Positions 13,189 to 26,490 of a stretch of DNA of 64,000 nt are shown here, piece by piece. How positions within the stretch are numbered: position 1 is the stretch's first letter; each line of letters opens with the position of its first letter. The stretch spans positions 2,775 through 66,774 of the forward strand of contig NW_021833885.1 in assembly GCF_006345805.1 (NCBI RefSeq), read 5' to 3'. The position numbers and the translations under genes are program-made. This DNA is from Octopus sinensis (taxonomy: Eukaryota). The notes under the pieces are model-generated. The model saw only the letters and a program-made list of their open reading frames with translations. It was not told where the DNA came from and ran no database searches.

Positions 13189-13414
13189 TGAGCTGGCAGA
13201 ATCGTTAGCACGCCGGGCAAAATGCCCAGCAGTATTTCGTCTGCTGTTACGTTCTGAGTTCAAATTCCGCCGAGGTCGACTTTGCCTTTCATCCTTTCGG
13301 GATCGATTAAATAAGTACCAATTACGCACTGGGGTCGATATAATCGACTTAATCCATTTGTCTGTCCTTGTTTGTCCCTTCTATGTTTAGCCCCTTGTGG
13401 GCAATAAAGAAATA
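13189..13414 (+). mobile_element. SINE family B, 13-bp TSD
   Basis: TSD AGAAAATGTGGGG at 13176-13188 and 13415-13427. Confidence 0.9.
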
Positions 13415-13789
13415 AGAAAATGTGGGGATGTTGGGGGTCTCTCGGATGAATTGCACCTATGACTGAAAGGGACAGAATGATCATACTCTATCACGCCGAT
13501 TCCTTCTGAGAATTACATTAAGAGTGCACGTCCGTGTCGAATATATATTAATCACAGGAATTCATACTATACACATTATAATTCAATGAGCAGATATTTC
13601 ATTCGATCAAACAGATGGAATACTCATCCTCGCAACCGACGAAGGCTCCCATTTAATTAAAGAGATATTATAACATTAACTTGACATCTGACAATCAATA
13701 ATGGCTCTGTACCTGTGTGTGTGTGTGTCTGCGCGTGAGAGTGTTTTATGTGTGTATTTATGCGTATGTATGTGAGTTTGTGTGTATAC

Positions 13790-14005
13790 ATGCATATATG
13801 TACACACACATACGCTTATATATATATATATATATATTTATATAATATATATTATATATATATATATATATTTATTTATATTTCTTTATATATTTTTTAG
13901 TTAATTTTTATTTCTATGTATTGGATTATGATTTTCACTGTTTGATTTGCCTAATAGTGGTTTTATCTCTTTAAATTTAATATAATAAATATAATATATA
14001 TATAT

Positions 14006-14038
<33 letters not shown>

Positions 14039-14230
14039 GATAATATATATATATATATTATTACGGAGATGTGCTCGCATAGCAAGTAATTTGATCTGAG
14101 ATCGTGTGCTGAAACGAAAACATTTGCAGCGTGGAAGGTGTTTAAGAAACACACAAAAGCCGTTCGATTCACTCATATATATATATATTTATAATATATA
14201 TATTTATATATATATATTTATATATATATA

Positions 14231-14262
<32 letters not shown>

Positions 14263-14312
14263 TTATTTATATATATATATATATTTATTTTTATATATAT
14301 ATATATATATTT

Positions 14313-14374
<62 letters not shown>

Positions 14375-14931
14375 CTCACACTAACTCAGACGCTCACACT
14401 CTCACACACGTGCAAACTCATACATACAATCACACATATACATACAGCGAATATTTCTCATCTCTCAACACATCCCTCTTACCTGTACCTCTCACCTGCT
14501 TCTCTGTTTCTCTCACTGCATCTCTCCATAACGCTTATCTCTTGATTTATTTCTTCTTCTACAATATCTCTCCATTTCTCTCCCCCTTCGCTCCCCCTCT
14601 TTTCCCACCCCTTCTTTGACACAAATATACACACGATCATACAATAATTCTCTCAGTTTATTTATTCCATTCAAATTTTTTTTTCAATAATTCGCAATCG
14701 TTTTCTTTTTCCGTATTGCTTCTACTAAATGGCTCTCACTCTACCTGCTTACCTGCCTTCATTCCTACTACCTATCCACCTACTTAACTATCTGCGTATG
14801 TATGCATATATGCACGTATGCGTGTATGTATGTATATGAATGTATGCATGCATGCATGTCTGCATGGATGCATCAAGTATATAATAATTATATATATATT
14901 TATACATGTATATACAAACATATTATATATC

Positions 14932-14987
<56 letters not shown>

Positions 14988-15195
14988 ATATGATATATGT
15001 ATGTAATGTATGCATGTATGTATGTATATATACCTACACACACTCGTGTACATACATACATATATATATATATAATATATATATGTATATATTATACTCT
15101 GTGTAATATATACTATATATATGTATTTATACATATAGTATATATATATGTAACTGTATATATACTGTATACATATTATATATATACTCTGTGTA

Positions 15196-15234
<39 letters not shown>

Positions 15235-15600
15235 GTATGTATGTATGCATGATGTATGTATATATACATACAACACACTCGTGTACATAATACATATATA
15301 TATATATTAGATTATATTTCTATATATATATCTGTGTAAATACTATACATATGTATTTACACACATACATACATATGTATGTATATATACTGTATACATA
15401 TATATATACTCTGTGTATATATTAATATATAATATATATATTATATATATATATGTATATGTATGTATGTATGTATGCTGTATGTAGTATGTATGTATGT
15501 ATGTATGTATTTGTGTATGTATGTATTATGTATGTATGTATGTATGTATGTATTTGTGTAGGTATGTATGTATGTATGTATGTATTCAGGTATGAAAACG
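13790..15600. repeat. Low-complexity (TA)n/(TATG)n-rich block
   Basis: Multiple interrupted TA and TATG tracts; accounts for the IYIY/MYVC ORFs. Confidence 0.9.
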
Positions 15601-16784
15601 TACAGTAAAATTATAAAGTAATTACTCGCGAGATTTTCTTTTTTATTAAATCCGCATCCAGAGTAAGGCGATGGATGAGGCAATGATGTTTATGGATGAG
15701 GGAGTCTGTGATTTTTTTTTTCTCTTTACTTTTCACCTTGTTGATAATCAGGTGAATGAAAATGAAAAAAAAAAAAAAGGCAGGAAAGTGAGAGAGATGG
15801 GGGGGGGGCGATATCAGAGACAAAGGCTTTAAATAAGCAGCAACATGCGCTCTATTGATAATCAGTGTAATTAAAAATCTGAAAATTAAATAGCACTATA
15901 GAAAATGATCTAGCGCCCCATGTTTCCTTCTATGCAGAGGTTGGATGCGTCAAACTACGATTTTCTACCATTTTGTTGCAAGCATCAATTTGTTCATTCG
16001 CTTATTCGTTCGTTCGTTCGTTCGCTGAGCCATTCACTCTTTCATTCATTCTTGTGTGAGAGGACTTACCATTATTATTATCATGTACAACAAATCTACA
16101 CGCCAATTTCGAATTAGGATGATGGTGCTCTGAAAAACGTGTCGTTTCCGCTTTCTTCTTTCATCTATTCTGTTGGCAGTTTAAGTGTTAGCGAAGAAGG
16201 GTTTTCAGCGTGCTTTGCACAAAGCTCACTGAAGTGCAAGTGATGATGGCAGCAATCATTAAAAAAAAAAAAAGCAAGAAAAGAAAAAGAAAGCAGCCTC
16301 AGGAGAAGCGACTTCAATGCATTTCAACCACTTTCACACCACTGACCGACCCTGCCAGAGGTGACACGCAATGACACAACAACTTATACTTTGATAGCCA
16401 TCATTACATAACAGCACACGCTATCTGGTCATTACAACAACTGCATCATCCCCAGAGTGACCACCATCGCAGTATTGCTTTCTTAACAGCTCTACGAATC
16501 AAAATATTTTAATACTACATCTGCAAGTATGCATACATGATAAAATCACATCACTAGTTATGTCCACACTATAATAGCAACCACAAAAAAACCAACAACA
16601 AAACTTTATCTCTCAGCCACAATCGTTGTGATCATTATACTACATCTGTAACTGGACCAGCACTAGAGAAGCTAGCTCTCATTTAGATGCCCTGGTGAAA
16701 CATTGACTACACCATATTCACTGCAAGCGCACAAAAGGACATTCCATAATTATATCCTACCGACTTAAAAAACAAAGCCCACTC

Positions 16785-16933
16785 TTATTTACATTATTTA
16801 CATTCGACGGATATTTGTCCTCGTCGTGTTTGTTGTTAACACAACGTTTCGGCTGATATACCCTCCAGCCTTCTTCAGGTGTCTTGGGGGAAATTTCGAA
16901 TCTGGGTTCTCATTCCTAAGGTATTCTTCGATG

Positions 16934-16990
<57 letters not shown>

Positions 16991-17065
16991 TATTATTATT
17001 ATTATTATTGTTCAGGTCACTGCTTGGAATCGATCTCGGAATCTTGGGGTTAGTAGCCCGCGCTC
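16785..17065 (-). mobile_element. SINE family E: truncated tRNA-like head + (AAT)n + hammerhead-like motif + (GTAAATAAT)n tail
   Basis: Matches 61832-62737 in both the head and the 3' module. Confidence 0.8.
16838..16883 (-). ncRNA. Minimal type I hammerhead ribozyme-like motif
   Basis: RNA GACAC CUGAAGA A GGCUG GAGGGUAUAU CAGCC GAAAC GUU GUGUU: core, 5-bp stems I and II, palindromic AACGUU stem III. Confidence 0.75.
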
Positions 17066-17099
17066 GTAGGGGTTATATATTTAGTGTTCATTTATCTTA

Positions 17100-17320
17100 A
17101 AGGCTACGAACTGGCAAAATTGGTACCGCGTCGGGGAAAATTGTTTATCGGTGTCTCGTTTCTCTTAACATGAGTTCAAATTCCGCCGCTGTCGACTTCC
17201 CTTTTTATCCTATCGTGCTCGATAAAATAAATATCAATGGAGCACTGAGGTCTATGTCATCGACTCACCCATCCCCTGAAATTGTTGGGCTTATGTCAAA
17301 ATTTTAAGAGAATGTTTAAT
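17100..17320 (+). mobile_element. SINE family B, old
   Basis: GAGTTCAAATTCCGCCGCTGTCGACTTCCC core. Confidence 0.65.
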
Positions 17321-17563
17321 TTATTTCACTATTTAATAAATATATATATGAGATAGCAAGATAGATAAATGGATTGTCCTTCAAATAAATATCTTCTAAA
17401 CGGTTGGAATAGAACACTGGCACCAAATTAAACTGTCTACAACAATTTTCTTATATTCTTTAGGTAAAGATGTTCTCAAAATCCTCTCCAGATTCCTGAG
17501 GTATACGTACTTTTGTTCCTTTAGCCCATTATTCGCACATTTTTTGCATTATTTTGTAATGTA

Positions 17564-17592
17564 CTAGCAATGCATACCGGCGTTGCCCGGGT
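17564..17592 (-). mobile_element. Isolated Helitron 3' terminus
   Basis: CCCGGGCAACGCCGG hairpin followed by CTAG|T, same type as at 31260. Confidence 0.5.
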
Positions 17593-17734
17593 GCTATGAC
17601 CTACAGCCACATTGTATTATTTGTTCCTTTCTTATGAGCAGAATCGGCACACGAGGAGTATGAAGCAAACAACACTTTGTTATAAACATGTTTTCGGTCA
17701 TTTTCTGTTGAACAACTCTGCAGTTTCCGCCTAA

Positions 17735-18175
17735 CAGATCCAGTCACAACTTTGTGGTTAGCCTAGGTCTATATTAGAAAACACTCACCCAAGGTATCAT
17801 GTTCGTTCCTTCTCAAGCCATGCCTGGCTCATAAGGGCCGGTTTCCTTGGAGTATAGGTTCCCCACCTGGACGGGACTCCGGTCCGTCGCAGGTGATCTA
17901 CAAGATGCAGGAGGAAAGAGTGAGAAAAATTTGTGGCGAAAGAGTCAGCAGAAGTTCGCCACTACATTCTGCCGGAGCCGCGTGGAGCTTAGGTGTTTCG
18001 CTCGTAAACACACACATCACCCGGTCTGAGATTCGAACCCGCGACCCCTCGACCGCGAGTCCGTTATTCTAACCACTAGGCCATGTGCCTCCACCAAGAT
18101 ATCATGCAGAAGGACTGAACATGGAACGATGTTGGTGGGAAGCAAACTTCTCAACCACCCAGTCATTCTTGCACC
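17735..18175 (-). mobile_element. Old family A SINE interrupted by a family C variant SINE (17802-18093)
   Basis: TSD CCAAG(G/A)TATCATG at 17789-17801 and 18094-18106. Confidence 0.8.
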
Positions 18176-18936
18176 TAATATGTGTGTGTGTCTACATTTG
18201 TTGTTAGATCGAGTATTGTGTCTCACTATGTTTCAAGGTTAGCGGATCACCAAGCAGAGATCTATAAAATAAATGCCTGATTGAAATGCGTACTGAGGTC
18301 AGTATGATCAATTAAATTTTTGAAGGTGATACTCCATAATGGCGACAGTCAAAAGACTAAACCCAGTAGAATAATGCTTAAAGACTTAATGGCTTCAGAT
18401 TTAAGGTAATGGATTACTAACCACAAGATAATGAGTTCAAAAGTTCATATTGAACTTCCACTCCATACGATAACACTATATGTACATCTCAGTCTACTTG
18501 ACTTCCAACAATTAACGATTGTAATTTGAAGTTGAAGGACGTCCAGATTTTAAAAATTATTGTGCAAAATATTCTGAGAAGATGTATATTTTCACCACAA
18601 CGAAGCACGCACAAAACACAGAGTTGTGTCTGTGGTAACTGGAACTATTACAAATAGCAGCCAAATCCTTCTTAAAACACACCCTTTCATCAAGAGAATG
18701 ACACGGATTTAGAATATTTCAGGAAAAAAAAAGTATGCGATATATGCATACAGGTACCACTTAGTGGAACGTCGGAAAACTGTCTGAACTGTCAACTCCT
18801 AAAGAAACAATTACAAGCAGTGTGATAATCTATACATAGATTATGTCATAATATATATGTGTACACGTATGCAAACAACAGATATATTTAGACATATGTT
18901 ATCTCTCTCTCTCCTCTCTCTCTCTCTCTCTATCTA

Positions 18937-18985
<49 letters not shown>

Positions 18986-19167
18986 AAGGTATATACACAG
19001 AATAAACACACACGCACACACATATATAAAATTAGACATAAATACATGTATGTATATTATATATAAGAGACATATACACATACTTATATATATATGTATG
19101 CATATATATAAGGAGAAAGACTAAGTATACATAATATACAATACATATACATGTATACATCATATAC

Positions 19168-19218
<51 letters not shown>

Positions 19219-19259
19219 GTATACATACATACATACACACACACCACACACACATATAT

Positions 19260-19297
<38 letters not shown>

Positions 19298-19576
19298 CGG
19301 TGGCCTCATATAGCTCAGTAAAAATGTAATCTGAACCCAGAGTTGAATGATGAGATTGTCATTACGGTAGAGATAAGGTCCCAACTAGTTAATACTGGCA
19401 TTAAGCATTCGGTTCAGTTCTCAAGAGAAAACTAAACAATGCATTCTTACTTCTCCAAGTCCAAACTTTTACTGAAGCACTCGAGTCACCACATCTGCAC
19501 TAGATTTAACGCGTGTTACACGTCAGCGTTCAACAGCAGGAACACAACGATTCTCAAGTTGACATGATGATGGCGA

Positions 19577-19610
<34 letters not shown>

Positions 19611-19878
19611 GGTGGTGGTGGTGGTGGTGGTGATGGCGATGATGATTTAGGGTGCTGGATAATGATAATGATCATACTGTGTAGACAGGTTTTTATACAA
19701 TTAGGGGGATATGTATAAGCACGCGAGCTCGACAATAGAAACAAACACACAAAATGACATATGCGCACGTATACGAGTTTCTGTTTAAGTGTATATATGT
19801 ATGCGCTCCAGCATGGCCACAGCCTTAGAGGTGAAACATGTAAAATAGTAAAAGAATTTTAAAAAATTACACATACAT

Positions 19879-20048
19879 GCGCAGGAGTGGCTGTGTGGTA
19901 AGTAGCTTGCTTACCAACCACATGGTTCCGGGTTCGGTCCCATTGCGTGGCACCTTGGGCAAGTGTCTTCTACTACAGCCTCGGGCCGACCAAAGCCTTG
20001 TGAGTGGATTTGGTAGACGGAAACTGAAAGAAGCCCGTCGTATATATG

Positions 20049-20087
<39 letters not shown>

Positions 20088-20307
20088 TGTGTCTGTGTTT
20101 GTCCCTCCCCCCTACATCGCTTGACAATCGATGCTGGTGTGATTACGTCCCCGTAACTTAGCGGTTCGGCAAAAGAGACCGATAGAATAAGTACTATGCT
20201 TACAAAGAATAAGTCCTGGGGGTCGATTTGCTCGACTAAAAGGCAGTGCTCCAGCATGGCCGCAGTCAAATGACTGAAACAAGTAAAAGAGTAAAAGTGA
20301 GTAAGAG
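19879..20307 (+). mobile_element. SINE family A, full length
   Basis: Head, internal microsatellite and tail all present. Confidence 0.9.
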
Positions 20308-20325
20308 TACATACGCACATATCTA

Positions 20326-20376
<51 letters not shown>

Positions 20377-20384
20377 ATGGTTGC

Positions 20385-21055
20385 CCATTCGCGACGGAGG
20401 AAGATCCTTACCAATTGTTGCTCATGCAAAATGTAAGGAATGCTCGAGCATGAGATTATTGTACCCGCAGTTGGCTTCATCCAGATTCGCACCTGCATCT
20501 TCCACGCTTGCTGCAGCGTCCTCCTACTCGACCGGTCTTCAGAAAGTTCACCTCACCGACGACTGCGCAGATTAAAGTTTTAGGTTTAATAAGGCTTACA
20601 CAACACCTTGCAGACATTATTCACTATATCAGTATGGTCCAGAAACAAGTGAGGGCAAGATATCCAGTGCCAAATGGGTTGTAGGCTCAGGAATGTGGGA
20701 CCGCCATGATCTCAGGCGCAAGCAAAAGATCCCAAAAATGTTCAACACCATTCCCTGCACACCTGGTTTTATATTTGAGTGACCTTTCCCTTGAGACATG
20801 CTTTACCAAAAAGGTAAGGGCTGCTTAACTCCCTGTGTCCTTCATACACGCCGGACACAAAGCTGGAACCTCTGATGGCCAGTTTTAGGGATAGATAGTT
20901 GTTGGATTCACACTAGGTCTATCCGTCTTGTATTTGGTGCAGCCGGTTTTTTAACAATTCTCATCACTGGGCAAGCCTAGAGGGGGTACCGGTTTAGTCG
21001 CCGACGGCACGATGATGCAACAGGTTGTACTGGATACTATGTTATCAGTAGCACT
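20385..21055 (-). mobile_element. Unclassified GC-richer island, possibly a LINE 5' region
   Basis: Higher GC and complexity, bounded by microsatellites; no convincing protein motif. Confidence 0.3.
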
Positions 21056-21106
21056 CATAAACTCATAAGAAACTTCACAAGTAACCTAGCATAAGATATA
21101 CATACA

Positions 21107-21141
<35 letters not shown>

Positions 21142-22076
21142 GTGTGTGTGTGTGTATACATACATATACATATACACACAAACACATACATATGTACACA
21201 CGCGCACACACATATGTACTGATGCAAGCACATGTGTGTGTGAGCGTGTGTGTGAGTATGTGAAACAAATTTAAATAAATATTAGCGTGTGGGCGCGAGC
21301 GTGAGAATCAAGTATGCGGATTGGTATTTGTCAAAGGCAAGAACTCATAAGGGCGTAATTGAAACTAATCAATACCAATTCTTACCGTTTACAAACAGCA
21401 TTTAAAATACAGACTATAGTAAATATTGCAACTACAAAAGAACGCGATGCTTCAATTAAATTCCTTGATCTCTTTTCAAACCGTTCTCAATAGCATTATC
21501 GATTCAACAGGAAAGCGTTTGGGAGTAAGAATCAATAGTAGACGATAAGACTATTTCTCCCTTCCAAGTAGGAGTTTTCTTTCGAAATTGAGTTTGCAAA
21601 TGATATCTAGAATTTTCTGTCAGTCACCCGTGAACGATGCGACCAAAGCAATGTTTAACTAAGCATGCAATTACAGATAGAATACGGCTTGCTGCATCTT
21701 CAAGCATGTTAGCATGCAGCATGCAACATGCAAAGGAGCATTACGCATGCGAACCACCGATTGCGTTTGAAAGTTAAATTAGAAGGACCCTTGTGACAGA
21801 GACTGCGTTGAGTGGTTATATGAAAAATAATCGATAAAACTAACTGCAACGTTTATCTAGTCGCTGATATTGATGCGTTTGGCAATATCATTCGTTGGCT
21901 TTCAAATGACCGAGCGTGAGAAAGAAAAAGGAAAGAAGAGAACAGGAATATTATACCAGAACGAAAATGATAGCAGTAGTTTACAAGAAAAAAGAAAGAA
22001 AAATTTGTGTGCGGGAGTAATGTGTGAAATGCAAATTACAATTGACGATAACATTCCTTAATAGATATAGCTGTAA

Positions 22077-23110
22077 GGTGGCGAGCTGGCAGAAACGTTA
22101 GCAAACCGGGCTAAATGTTTAGCGGCATTTTGTCCGTCTTTACGTTCTGAGTTCAAATTCCGCCGAGGTCGACTTTGCCTTTCATCCTTTCGGGGTCGAT
22201 AAATTAAGTACCAGTTACGCACTGGGGTCGATGTAATCGACTTAATCCGTTTGTCTGTCCGTGTTTGTTCCCTCTGTGTTTAGCCCCTTGTGGGTAATAA
22301 AGAAATAGGTATTTCGTCTGTCTTTACGTTCTGAGTTCAAATTCCGCCGAGGTCGACTTTGCCTTTCATCCTTTCGGGGGTCGATTAAATAAGTACCAGT
22401 TACGCATTGGGGTCGACAAAATCGGCTTAATCCGTTTGTCTGTCCGTGTTTGTCCTCTCTGTGTTTGGCCCCTTGTGGGTAGTAAAGAAATAGAAATAGC
22501 TACAATGTGGCGAGCTGGCAGAAACGTTAGCACGCCGGGCTAAATATTTAGCGGCATTTTGTCCGTCTTTACGTCCTGAGTTCAAATTCTGCCGAGGTCG
22601 ACTTTGCCTTTCATCCTTTCGGGGTCGATAAATTAAGTACCAGTTACGCACTGGGGTCGATGTAATCGACTTAATCCCTTTGTCTGTCCTTGTTTGCCCC
22701 CTCTATGTTTAGCCCCTTGTGGGCAATAAAAAAATAAGAATCGTTAGAACGTCGGGCTTAAATGTTTAACGGTATTTCGTCCGTCTTTATGTTCTGAGTT
22801 CAAATTCCGCCGAGGTCGACTTTGCCTTTCATCCTTTCGGGGGTCGATTAAATAAGTACCAGTTACGCACTGGGGTCGATGTAATCGACTTAATCCTTTG
22901 TCTGTCCTTGTTTGCCCCCTCTATGTTTAGCCCCTTGTGGGTAATAAAGAAATAGGTATTTCGTCCGTCTTTATGTTCTGAGTTCAAATTCCGCCGAGGT
23001 CGACTTTGCCTTTCATCCTTTTGGGGTCGATTATATAAGTACCTACTGAACACTGAGGTCTAACATTTAATACCCCACCTCCGAAACTTTTGGCCTTATG
23101 CCAAAATTTG
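22077..23110 (+). mobile_element. Five-unit tandem array of family B SINE
   Basis: Core at ~22150, 22335, 22580, 22797, 22982; junctions AAAGAAATA|GGTATTTCG and AAATA|AGAATCG. Confidence 0.9.
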
Positions 23111-24675
23111 AAATCAATTATTGTAGTTGTAAGCAGGTATCACCAACAAAGCTTTAGATCCCTGCTGTAAGCTGTCGGAGAAGTATAAGAGTAGTGAATG
23201 TTCCATTAAATTACAGTAATATTTTCAAATCCTCCTGCTTATATAATTTGGAGATAAGAGTGAAGGCACAAACCCATTTTAGATACGTTACGTAGGGACA
23301 AAATAACCACTAATAATGCTCCTAAAGGCGAATCTGGTATTGAATTCAACATCAATAGAGCAGCTTCCACCGAAAGTGCATAATTCCACATTTTGCATTT
23401 TAGAACTTTCGATGCAGCGACATTCTAATATATTTTGCAACATTAAAAAAAATTGTCTTTCAACACACACACAACGATAAATTTCTTTTAGGCATTGAAG
23501 AAGTGAAATAAACTGATGCTTAGCTGCTGTTGCTCGATGTTAAAGATAGGAGAGTTAAATTAAATTCTCCTTCGTAGAAGACACAAGATACTATTTTATC
23601 CCTCTCTCTTCCATTCTGTTGGGAACAATAAAATTCACATACAATGAAGTTTTTTTGCCTATACTGGATTTGAACTCAAAACCTATCAGTTTATAGTACG
23701 ATGCCTTACTCAATCAGCTTTTAAGTCTTTATTCGAAACTTGTTTATTAGCAAATCTAAAATTCGAATATTTGTTGTTTATTTAGAATAACTGTCTATCT
23801 ATTTATAAATTTTGTATTCATGCCAATAGTTTCCAGGGTGAAACTCTTCAAAGCCGAAATTCATATTTCCATCCAACAATCTGACAGATGATGGTATTAA
23901 TTTGATATTTTAATCTACTTTAGCTATCTTTCTGGAAAGCTTTTATTAATCTATTAGTGTTTATCAACTGAACGTTTTGCGGACTTCTAATAAATAATTT
24001 TGCAGATAGTAAATTGAGAGAAAAAAAATTGAATGTTAACTTGATAGCATACCGAACAAACAACTAACTTTCTAGGACTCTGGAGAACTGACAAGGGAAA
24101 CATCTATGCAATCACTCGATCTGTTAAAAATAACGGCCAAATTTCCCTCAAACTAATCCCTTATCATACTAAAAAAAAGGTAGGGATAAGATACATTAGA
24201 TGAATTAATCTCTGACGCTCATAGTCATAGATTTGTTCAATTAGGTTTGACTCAGGTAGAAAAAGCAACAATAACAACAAGACTGACTACCCGTCGTTCG
24301 AATAATTTCATTGGTTTTATGTTGTGTTGCTGGCCAATATATCTGTCTCATACGCTCTTACCTATTCCCTTTCTTTCTCTGTGTGTGTCTCCCCAAAGAT
24401 ATGTGGGGGGGGGCTTACTTCCACCCACCCAACAATTCGATGAGTCTCTGGACTTACGAGAAAAAATATATATTCCTAGCTCCATATGCTACTTAATTCT
24501 CAAATGGTACAATAGAACTATAAACAATACATAACCGCAAGCAGCCACAGCATCGAGACAGTGTTGAATGTTTCTGTAGGCTGCCGCTCTGAGCATAGTT
24601 ATTCTTCCTTTGGTAATATAGCATCATCGGGAATAACAGACTTCGCTACGTTAATTTGAGTTGGATTCTCTATAC

Positions 24676-24894
24676 CAGTGGTTTTCAACCAGGGTTCCGC
24701 AGAACCTTAGGATTCCGCCAATACAGTCCAGGGGTTCCGCAAGAAGTTACAAAACTGCTAAAATCGGCAGTAATTTTTAATTCTCCTGTGCAGATATGTG
24801 TGCATAAGACTATTAAATCATTGCACAAGGGTTCCTCGAGCCAGTAGAATGTTTCCTTGGGGTTCCGCTCCAGCAAAATGTTTGAAAAGCACTT
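24676..24894. mobile_element. hAT-type MITE
   Basis: TIR CAGTGGTTTTCAA / TTGAAAAGCACTT; perfect 8-bp TSD CTCTATAC at 24668-24675 and 24895-24902. Confidence 0.85.
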
Positions 24895-25025
24895 CTCTAT
24901 ACGAAGACAGATTTCAGATGAACTAAGGCACTCTGTACAGTCACGTTACCTGCTAAATATAGTAGACAAATATCTTTTTTCAAATTATACCTCAACTTCT
25001 TAATAGATGGGATTTTTTTTCTTTT

Positions 25026-25408
25026 GGAAGCACTCCGTCGGTTACGACGACGAGGGTTCCGGTTGATCCGAATCAACGGAACAGCCTGCTCGTGAAATTA
25101 ACGTGTAAGTAGCTGAGCACTCCACAGACACGTGTACCCTTAACGTAGTTCTCGGGGATATTCAGCGTGACACAGAGAGTGACAAGGCCGGCCCTTTGAA
25201 ATACAGGTACAACAGAAACAGGAAGTAAGAGTGAGAGAAAGTTGTGGTGAAAGAGTACAGCAGGGATCACCACCATCCCCTGCCGGAGCCTCGTGGAGCT
25301 TTAGGTGTTTTCGCTCAATAAACACTCACAACGCCCGGTCTGGGAATCGAAACCACGATCCTATGACCGCGTGTCCGCTGCCCTAACCACTGGGCCATTG
25401 CGCCTCCA
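25026..25408 (-). mobile_element. SINE family C, full length
   Basis: tRNA-like head GGAGGCGCAATGGCCCAGTGG...TTCGATTCC; tail ...CGTAACCGACGGAGTGCTTCC. Confidence 0.9.
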
Positions 25409-25639
25409 CGTCTTAATAGATAACGACACATTGAACAATATAGTTCCGGATAAACGAAAAGACAAGATGGTCGCAGCAGAAACACCTTTGATAGGCGATC
25501 TGTTCAGTCATGGCTAATTTGTGATTGAACAACAACTATGATATGAAAATAATGAAATAGAAAACTTCCATGTTACTTTCACAAAAATATTTATTCCTAG
25601 CCTACTTCAACGAACAAGAAGTCACCACAAAGTTAGAAT

Positions 25640-25915
25640 GAAATGATTCTGTTGCTTTGGATTTAAGTATAACTCTTTCATTTGTCATTACATTAGATCT
25701 AGCTGTATCAGTTGCCTTCAAGTTAATTATAGTCGTTTTAATTACCGTCACTGCTGTTTTAGCTCCTTTCAAGAAACTTATAACTGTTTCAGTTACCATG
25801 AAGATATTTGTAACTGATTTGGTTGCAATGAAATTAATTATAACTGTTTTAGATAGCATAAAATTATCTATAACTGTTTTAGTTGTCTTGGAGTTAATTA
25901 TAAGTAGAGATAGAT
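25640..25915. repeat. Degenerate 30-nt minisatellite
   Basis: ATAACTGTTTTAG-like units at 25780, 25810, 25840, 25870 and 25900. Confidence 0.8.
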
Positions 25916-26135
25916 TTAATTATTACAATGGTGTATTTATTAGGCGCCCAGATGGAAAAAAAAAGAACAAAGAAAATGAAAATTCCTTTATTGTGTCCAA
26001 GATGGTCCAAGAGGATTAGCAATTTTAATCTTGTCACTAGTAGTGCTCGAAACTCTTCTTCCTGCTACAGTACTGTTTGTTAAAAAATAGGCATCATGAT
26101 GATTCCATATATGTAAGCTGCATATGGAACAATAG

Positions 26136-26490
26136 TGGAGGCGCAATGGCCCAGTGGTTAGGGCAGCGGACTCGCGGTCATAGGATCGTGGTTTCGATTC
26201 CCAGACCGGGCGTTGTGAGTGTTTATTGAGCGAAAACACCTAAAAGCTCCAGGAGGCTCCGGCAGGGATGGTGGTGATCCCTGCTGTACACTTTCACCAC
26301 AACTTACTCTTACTTCCTGTTTCTGTTGTACCTGTATTTCAAAGGGCCGGCCTTGTCACTCTCTGTGTCACGCTGAATATCCCCGTGTCTGTGGAGTGCT
26401 CAGCCACTTACACGTTAATTTCACGAGCAGGCTGTTCCGTTGATCGGATCAACCGGAACCCTCGTCGTCGTAACCGACGGAATGCTTCCA
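26136..26490 (+). mobile_element. SINE family C with small internal deletion
   Basis: Inverted relative to 25026-25408; ATGGAACAAT on both sides is TSD-like. Confidence 0.9.

Noticed and set aside
22077-23110. SINE B array as a retrozyme array
   Set aside because: No CUGANGA/GAAA core on either strand of the unit.
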